Origin: Escherichia phage a20
DNA: 64,000 nt
Strand: one strand, 5' to 3'
Sequence record: OQ067374.1
This document shows, in pieces, positions 63,602-64,000 of the stretch (positions are counted from its first letter, which is position 1; each line of letters opens with the position of its first letter). A program made the position numbers and the translations under genes. Under the pieces are notes generated by a model. It made no database searches. It saw only the letters and a list, made by a program, of their open reading frames with translations, and was not told the origin of the DNA.

Positions 63602-64000
63602 TTATTTCAGTAAAGTTACTTCAGAGATTTCCTCCCAACCATCTTTATCAGTTGAAATAAAATCCGCTACATAAAGAGCCGTACGTAATGATACATTGCG
63701 AAGACGAGATACGTTAGCCTTCATCCAGGACAATGCTTTATACGTTTCTGCATCCGTCAGGCCACGTTTCTGCATCATGTCAGTAGATAATATTACATCT
63801 TCAACTCGAACCATAATCTCTTCATTAGAGTGTACTCCAAGGTCCAAATACACTGAACGAGATACTAAAGCTTGAAGGTGCGGAGCAAGTTTCGAACCGC
63901 GTTCTAACTCTTTATCGATATCAACGTTTGTAATGAAAACGATAGTACCTTCAAACTCAAATTCTTTATCAATACCCTTATCATCGAGATAAGATGACGC
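63602..64000 (-). CDS. 3' portion of a gene whose 5' end lies beyond the right window edge (hypothetical protein)
   Basis: Open frame continues in-frame from nt 64000 through the 63602..63853 ORF (...FEGTIVFITNVDIDKELERGSKLAPHLQALVSRSVYLDLGVHSNEE...); the ORF-track start at 63853 is an internal GTG. Confidence 0.55.
   Translation of the reverse strand, partial: ASSYLDDKGIDKEFEFEGTIVFITNVDIDKELERGSKLAPHLQALVSRSVYLDLGVHSNEEIMVRVEDVILSTDMMQKRGLTDAETYKALSWMKANVSRLRNVSLRTALYVADFISTDKDGWEEISEVTLLK

Noticed and set aside
1-64000. tRNA genes, rRNA genes, CRISPR arrays
   Set aside because: No cloverleaf-like GC-rich 70-90 nt segments and no regularly spaced direct repeats were noticed; intergenic space is almost entirely occupied by promoters and terminators. 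A tRNAscan-type search would be the definitive check

Overview
This window is a contiguous piece of a T4-like (Tevenvirinae) myovirus genome covering the early/middle replication, recombination and host-takeover region. It is gene-dense (about 110 ORFs) and read almost entirely on the minus strand; the plus-strand exceptions are holin t, an HNH homing endonuclease and one small ORF. Gene order follows T4 synteny: (38)-t-asiA-motA-52-ndd-rIIB-rIIA-39-dexA-dda-modA/modB-soc-56-61-sp-dmd-41-40-uvsX-42-43-regA-62-44-45-46-47-55-nrdH/G/D-49-nrdC. The 903-aa family-B polymerase (MKEFYLTVEQIGDSIF...) and the unsplit gene 39 read to me like an RB69-type phage, but that is recognition from memory and needs an alignment. 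The most notable content is at the three positions where T4 carries its DNA glucosyltransferases and imm. Here they hold instead a KdsD/GutQ-type arabinose-5-phosphate isomerase, a fused sugar-1-phosphate nucleotidyltransferase/kinase, a HAD phosphatase, a Cys-rich putative Fe-S protein, a divergent gp42-type hydroxymethylase, an unassigned 299-aa protein, a P-loop kinase and a separate GT-B glycosyltransferase. I read this as a candidate pentosyl-hmC DNA hypermodification system. Other content includes three free-standing homing endonuclease genes, several tandem paralog families, and a dense array of early promoters and UUCG-loop terminators. Several promoters sit inside inverted repeats that could sequester the ribosome-binding site in read-through transcripts. 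No tRNA, rRNA or CRISPR array was seen. Protein calls rest on motifs in the supplied translations plus synteny; no database search was run. Coordinates of features not in the ORF track were hand-derived and may be off by a few nucleotides.
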